This document shows positions 59,303 through 64,000 of a stretch of 64,000 nucleotides of DNA, in pieces. The stretch comes from a virus, in IMG/VR virus record IMGVR_UViG_3300036768_001133, positions 1 to 64,000 of that record, one strand, 5' to 3'. The notes below the pieces were generated by a model that saw nothing but the letters and a program-made list of their open reading frames with translations, had not been told where the DNA came from and made no database searches. How positions within the stretch are numbered: position 1 is the first letter of the stretch; every line of letters starts with the position of its first letter. Position numbers and translations under genes: made by a program.

Positions 59303-60727
59303 TTAATAGCTATTTAATAACTCTAATACTTTATTTGCTTTTAGCTTTCTTCCACCCATAGCCATAGGCATAGCTTCTTCTTTCATAGGCTTTTCTTCCA
59401 TATCTTGTCCCATATTCTCTTTGCCCTGTCTTTGCATTTGTTCCATAATCATATCTGCTACCATATATCCTAATTGCATAGCAAGTCGATTGCCTTCTTG
59501 CTCGCTTTTTGCATTTGCTATTTGCATAACCATCTGCTCCATAGCTTGCGTATCCTCTCTACTAAATATTCTTTCCCCTCCTTCTACTTCTGCTACTTGT
59601 TCTCCTGTATTAGCATCTACCGCAGGTACTCCTCCTTCTTGATGACTTGCTCCATATACTTTCCCACCTTTGGCAAATTGCAATTCTTTACCACTAAACT
59701 TTTGTTTTAACAAATCAGCATTGCCTTCTATAAGTTTTGTTCTTAAAGCTAAATTTTGTTCTGCACTGCCATCTGTTAAACCTTGCTTTTTAGCTTCTTG
59801 CCAAGAACTTTGGGTTAGCATTTCCCATAAGTCTTTTGTAGAAACATTTGCTAAATCTTGCCTTGACTGCTTTTTACTTTGTTTTTTATCCGTTGTCATT
59901 TCAATAGCTCTATCATAAGCTATTTCATTAGATTTAGGATTTTTAGTTTCTCCTTTTACAAAATCATAATTTATTACACGATTAAACATTTCATTAGGGA
60001 TAATCTCATCTATATCATCTCCTATTCTATCTTTAATAAAATTATACTCACTTAAAATCTCATTTCTCCTTTTTTTCAAAGCAGATATAGTGTTTTCAAC
60101 TTCATAATTCTTATTTTTTTGCAAGTAATAAGCACTTTCTTTCATATCTTCTTCTAACTTAGCTAAATCGTATACTAGCTTGTCTGCTCTTAAATATAAC
60201 TCTCTATTAGAATTATATTCAGCATCACTAACACCTTTGTTTGATGTAGGTGTAGCAATAGGGAATGAAGGGAACATTTGCCCTTTTTGCATTTTCTTTT
60301 TCATATTTGACAAATCTTTTAAGTTAGTGTTATACATATCTTCTGAAATATACTCAAAATCTTTTTTCATAGTTTCATTTCCTTGTTGATACTTATCTCC
60401 TTTTTGCTTTTCATAAACTTCCTCGTTTTGATTGATAAGCTCATTGTACAAAGAATATCCCTTAAAATAATCTCCACCTCCTAATTTAGTCAAAAATTGC
60501 TTTCTAATAGCGGGATTATTTGTTTTCTTACTATAAGCTATTATTGCTACACTATTTGCAACATCTTCGTCTGCATCAGGATACTCGCTTAAAAAAGCAT
60601 TTTTGTAATTTAACAAATCAGGATTTTGACTTGCAATGCTTTGAAACACTTGTCCTGTTTCACCTCCACTTGGCTTTACATTTGTATATTTGCCAGCTTT
60701 TTGATAGTATTTTAGTTTCTTTTTCAT
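59303..60727 (-). CDS. Putative cargo/ejection protein (crAss-like)
   Basis: FAKGGKVYGASHQEGGV...AEVEGGE motif typical of crAss-like internal proteins. Confidence 0.7.
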   Translation of the reverse strand: MKKKLKYYQKAGKYTNVKPSGGETGQVFQSIASQNPDLLNYKNAFLSEYPDADEDVANSVAIIAYSKKTNNPAIRKQFLTKLGGGDYFKGYSLYNELINQNEEVYEKQKGDKYQQGNETMKKDFEYISEDMYNTNLKDLSNMKKKMQKGQMFPSFPIATPTSNKGVSDAEYNSNRELYLRADKLVYDLAKLEEDMKESAYYLQKNKNYEVENTISALKKRRNEILSEYNFIKDRIGDDIDEIIPNEMFNRVINYDFVKGETKNPKSNEIAYDRAIEMTTDKKQSKKQSRQDLANVSTKDLWEMLTQSSWQEAKKQGLTDGSAEQNLALRTKLIEGNADLLKQKFSGKELQFAKGGKVYGASHQEGGVPAVDANTGEQVAEVEGGERIFSREDTQAMEQMVMQIANAKSEQEGNRLAMQLGYMVADMIMEQMQRQGKENMGQDMEEKPMKEEAMPMAMGGRKLKANKVLELLNSY

Positions 60728-60761
60728 ATATGTGAATAATTAAGTTTGTAATAAAAACAAC

Positions 60762-60769
60762 CAAATATA
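60762..60769 (-). promoter_or_regulatory. Bacteroidota sigma-A -7 element (TATATTTG)
   Basis: TAnnTTTG about 35 bp upstream of the start at 60727. Confidence 0.55.
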
Positions 60770-60793
60770 AAAAACATTTTTGATAAATAAAAA

Positions 60794-61453
60794 TTAAATG
60801 TACCCCAAAGCATTTTTCATATCTATTTCTTGTTTTCTCATCTTATTTGCATAAATACCATAGGCTTTCAAATCTTGAGCTCTCTTTACTTTATCACCAT
60901 ACAATAACTTTGTTCCCAAAGTTCCTATCCCTTCTACTAAACCACCTACTACATTTCCTATTAAACCTGCACCAGGAATAAAAGTGTCTAATACACTACC
61001 TACACTTTTTATACCTGCTCCTACTGTTCCTATTGTTCCCTGCATTTTATTATAGCCATCTAATACACTATCCGCATTGTCTTCCGTTATACTGCCTGCA
61101 CTCGTCTTTAAAGGTTTAGGTGCTAATGGATTGCTATTGGCTAAATTAGTAAATAGACCACCACTACTAAATTTTGTTTTTCTCTTTAACTTGTGCAAAG
61201 GTATTTCTAATACTTTCTTACTACTAAACTGATATTCTTTCTCTGGCTCCATTATTATACTTTCTCCATTCTCTCCTATTCCTAATATAGGAAAATCTAC
61301 CTCTTTCATTGTTATCTTGCCACGAGGACTATCTATTACCAAATATTCTTCATCTACAAAAGGACTATGTCTTTTATAGCCTAATATACTTTTTTGCTCT
61401 ATTATATTGCCATTTTGTAAATACCTTTTATTAAACTTGCTTTTGCACTTCAT
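60794..61453 (-). CDS. Putative cargo protein with glycine-zipper C-terminus
   Basis: ITMKEVDFPILGI...MEPEKEYQF...VLEIP domain; GAGLIGNVVGGLVEGIG. Confidence 0.65.
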   Translation of the reverse strand: MKCKSKFNKRYLQNGNIIEQKSILGYKRHSPFVDEEYLVIDSPRGKITMKEVDFPILGIGENGESIIMEPEKEYQFSSKKVLEIPLHKLKRKTKFSSGGLFTNLANSNPLAPKPLKTSAGSITEDNADSVLDGYNKMQGTIGTVGAGIKSVGSVLDTFIPGAGLIGNVVGGLVEGIGTLGTKLLYGDKVKRAQDLKAYGIYANKMRKQEIDMKNALGYI

Positions 61454-61471
61454 ATATGTAATGTTTTTTTA

Positions 61472-64000
61472 CTAACTAAAACTATATCTGAAATACGTAA
61501 TAATACGTTGTATCTCTACATAGTCATTGGTATCATAATATATACCTATCTCTATTGCCTTATCCCTATACCTCCTACCTACTATATTAGAACTTTTATC
61601 TGTATATGGTATAGCAAATCTTGCAGTATGTTCCCTATAACTAATTCTATTTACTATATTATTTATCACTCCCAAAGGTATTCCATTAGCATAGTAAATA
61701 GTATCTTGTAATACAATACCATTTTCATTAGTAATCCTATAAAACAACCTTGTAGGTAGTATATGATTAGATAAAATAGTTATATTATCAAATATCTTTT
61801 GCATTTGATAATCTGTATTTACTATGTAATGAAAATACATAGGATAATCCGTTCCGTAAAACCTATTCCTTATATTGCTTACATCATTCTGATATATATT
61901 ATATAGACCATTCTGATATACAGGACTATCATTAGGAAATGTAATAATAGGCTCATTGTCAAATAAAGTATAATAATCATCAAAAATACTAAACCCTATT
62001 GCAGGTAAATAACTATGTACTATAAACACATTTAGCTTCTCACTAAATACTATATTGTATGCTACCGCAGGATTTCTCCTCTTATATATCACAAAATTTA
62101 TCTCATCATATCTCCTATTGTAAAAACTCCTTACATATATCGCCCCTGATAATTCCCTCGTATCTTCTCCATATACATCAAATATCTCATTTAAAAAACT
62201 ACTTATCCTACCTTCACTTAAATCCCTAACTCCTCCCTCTTCTATCCTACATATAGACCTGCGTTTAGCATCTATAAAATATATGCTATTGTCTGTAGCT
62301 ATTACACTATCCCTATGAATACTACCATATTTTCTTGACAAAGTCGCTTGATAGGGACTTAATACTGATGTAGTATCTATATATACACTACCTTCCTCAC
62401 TAATAGCTTGCCTTTCATTAAAACTTACTAAACTTACTCCATCTTCCTGAATAATATACAACCTATTATTTAATACTCTTACTGCTGTACCTTTCCCCAA
62501 ACTTAAATCGTAATCCTGAAAACTAAATGGATATACTACTCTATAATTGTCTATAAAACTATTGTTAATATGCTTTTCTGAATAGTATAATCTTGTAGGA
62601 AAATAATTCTGTATTTCTAATATTTCTTTTACGTTTAACAAATTTACAATATATCCGCCCCATTGTGAATTACCCCCTAACTCATAAAACAAACTCTCAA
62701 AAGTATGATAGTTTTTAGCATAGAAAAATACATTTAGTTTTGTAGCAGAAAAATATACTCCATCACTTGGTTTTATTCTTGGCGGTGATGCTTGGTTATA
62801 CATAAGTGAATTAGCATATACAGGAAAAAATGCTCTCCTATTACCTTGTGTCCCCTCACTCATTGGCTCTCTTTCTGTTACACTCCATAATTCCCTTACC
62901 CTACTATATGGATTGTAATTGTTGTCGCATTTAGCCATTGTTATTACTCCACCATATACATATCTATCTCCATTACTACCACCAAAACTATGTCTGTAAT
63001 TGCTAAACCAAAACTTCCTATACCATACCCCCTGATAATTATCTCCATTATACCCCCTGATAAAATAGCTATTACTTGCTACTTCTTGTTTAGATAAGTT
63101 TAAAGTGATAGGAATGAAAAACTTTACTTGCGTAAGTCCATCATACCAATTGTATATATTAGTTGTCCTACCTGTACTGCTGGTAAATAAATCTACTATC
63201 CAAGCTCTGTCGTGTATAAGAACATCAAGATAATTTATATCATAATTCATATATTGTTTCCCTGGGTCATAATAATAACCCCCTGATGTTCCTATACTCA
63301 AATAATAACAATCCATAGGATTAGAGGTATCCCCTGGTTGAGGACTTATCATATTAAGGCTTGGTGGTGTGTATAGCTCTTCTAATGCTGTATCCCTAAA
63401 ATATAAATTTGTAGGTACTCCATTTACTTCTAATGCTCCTGTCCTACTTAATGGTGCAGTATGCGTTTCCCAACCATATCCCAAAGTTATTCCTACATAA
63501 GCATTCCAATTTGTCTGCATAGGTACTACCCAACCATTTTCACCTCCACTATGATTAGGGTGAAAAATCTTAAATCCTCCTTCGTCGTGTGTATTTATTT
63601 GAGAAGTAAATTTTTCATTGCTTGCTGGTCTGCCTGCATAAACAAAATAACTTTTCCCCTTAAAAAGATAATTATTTATCCTTGCATAACTATCGTTTTC
63701 ATTGCCCGCTAAATGCGGAAATATAGGAGGATAGGCTTCATTAAAAAAAGCCATCTGCATACAATAACTTACACCAGCACTGTTTCCTGTATTATAAAAA
63801 TCGGTTAAAGTAACAAACTGATAAGTAGGCTTTAATAAATAACTACCTGTTACTTCAAAGCTAATGTCATTATTGTTTAAAACACTTCCATATAAACGCT
63901 CATCTGCTATTATATCCATACTTACATAAGCAACTCTAAAAGGGTCTCGGTAGGCTTGTGATATAATAATACTTTGAAAATTATTGAATTCTATAGTTCC
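61472..64000 (-). CDS. Tail stabilisation/muzzle protein (P22 gp10-like), 5'-truncated by the window end
   Basis: RLYYSEK...IDNYRV, YGSIH...IYFIDAKRRSIC, KIFDNI, RYRDKAIEI; frame stays open from 63919 to 64000. Confidence 0.75.
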   Translation of the reverse strand, partial: GTIEFNNFQSIIISQAYRDPFRVAYVSMDIIADERLYGSVLNNNDISFEVTGSYLLKPTYQFVTLTDFYNTGNSAGVSYCMQMAFFNEAYPPIFPHLAGNENDSYARINNYLFKGKSYFVYAGRPASNEKFTSQINTHDEGGFKIFHPNHSGGENGWVVPMQTNWNAYVGITLGYGWETHTAPLSRTGALEVNGVPTNLYFRDTALEELYTPPSLNMISPQPGDTSNPMDCYYLSIGTSGGYYYDPGKQYMNYDINYLDVLIHDRAWIVDLFTSSTGRTTNIYNWYDGLTQVKFFIPITLNLSKQEVASNSYFIRGYNGDNYQGVWYRKFWFSNYRHSFGGSNGDRYVYGGVITMAKCDNNYNPYSRVRELWSVTEREPMSEGTQGNRRAFFPVYANSLMYNQASPPRIKPSDGVYFSATKLNVFFYAKNYHTFESLFYELGGNSQWGGYIVNLLNVKEILEIQNYFPTRLYYSEKHINNSFIDNYRVVYPFSFQDYDLSLGKGTAVRVLNNRLYIIQEDGVSLVSFNERQAISEEGSVYIDTTSVLSPYQATLSRKYGSIHRDSVIATDNSIYFIDAKRRSICRIEEGGVRDLSEGRISSFLNEIFDVYGEDTRELSGAIYVRSFYNRRYDEINFVIYKRRNPAVAYNIVFSEKLNVFIVHSYLPAIGFSIFDDYYTLFDNEPIITFPNDSPVYQNGLYNIYQNDVSNIRNRFYGTDYPMYFHYIVNTDYQMQKIFDNITILSNHILPTRLFYRITNENGIVLQDTIYYANGIPLGVINNIVNRISYREHTARFAIPYTDKSSNIVGRRYRDKAIEIGIYYDTNDYVEIQRIITYFRYSFS

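Noticed and set aside
34323-63712. Many short plus-strand ORFs in the track, and minus-strand ORFs over the repeat genes
   Set aside because: Antisense shadows of long real genes, with S/L/F/I-rich composition and no motifs.

Overview
The whole window is part of a lytic podovirus-type phage genome of the crAss-like/Bacteroidota-phage kind, AT-rich and read with the standard genetic code. It has three blocks. (1) Minus-strand late genes at 1-13,063: lysis cassette with a GH108 endolysin, fibre/spike genes, portal, RepL-like genes and terminase. (2) A plus-strand early/replication block at 13,279-29,441: RepL-like protein, DnaB helicase, ERF, SSB, RusA, Gp157, an ArdA-like protein, an orphan HicB-like protein and four paralogous 22-aa-repeat proteins. 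No DNA polymerase or primase is recognisable in it. (3) Minus-strand virion genes at 29,479-64,000: a 4093-aa virion RNA polymerase/zincin polyprotein, a 2882-aa SF1-helicase-containing protein, cargo proteins, a tRNA(CAT) and a tail muzzle protein. The most unusual signals are: a family of four combinatorial 22-aa repeat proteins, three preceded by a conserved, possibly structured element; three different 22-bp-period iteron-like arrays, each beside an IHF-consensus site, on both sides of an abrupt strand-skew flip at about 13.2 kb; extreme C depletion of the minus strand at about 9.5-13.2 kb that has almost removed Pro/Ala/Thr/Gln from several proteins; and an SSB-type C-terminal tail on the giant helicase protein. 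All family assignments come from motif recognition by eye, not from database searches.
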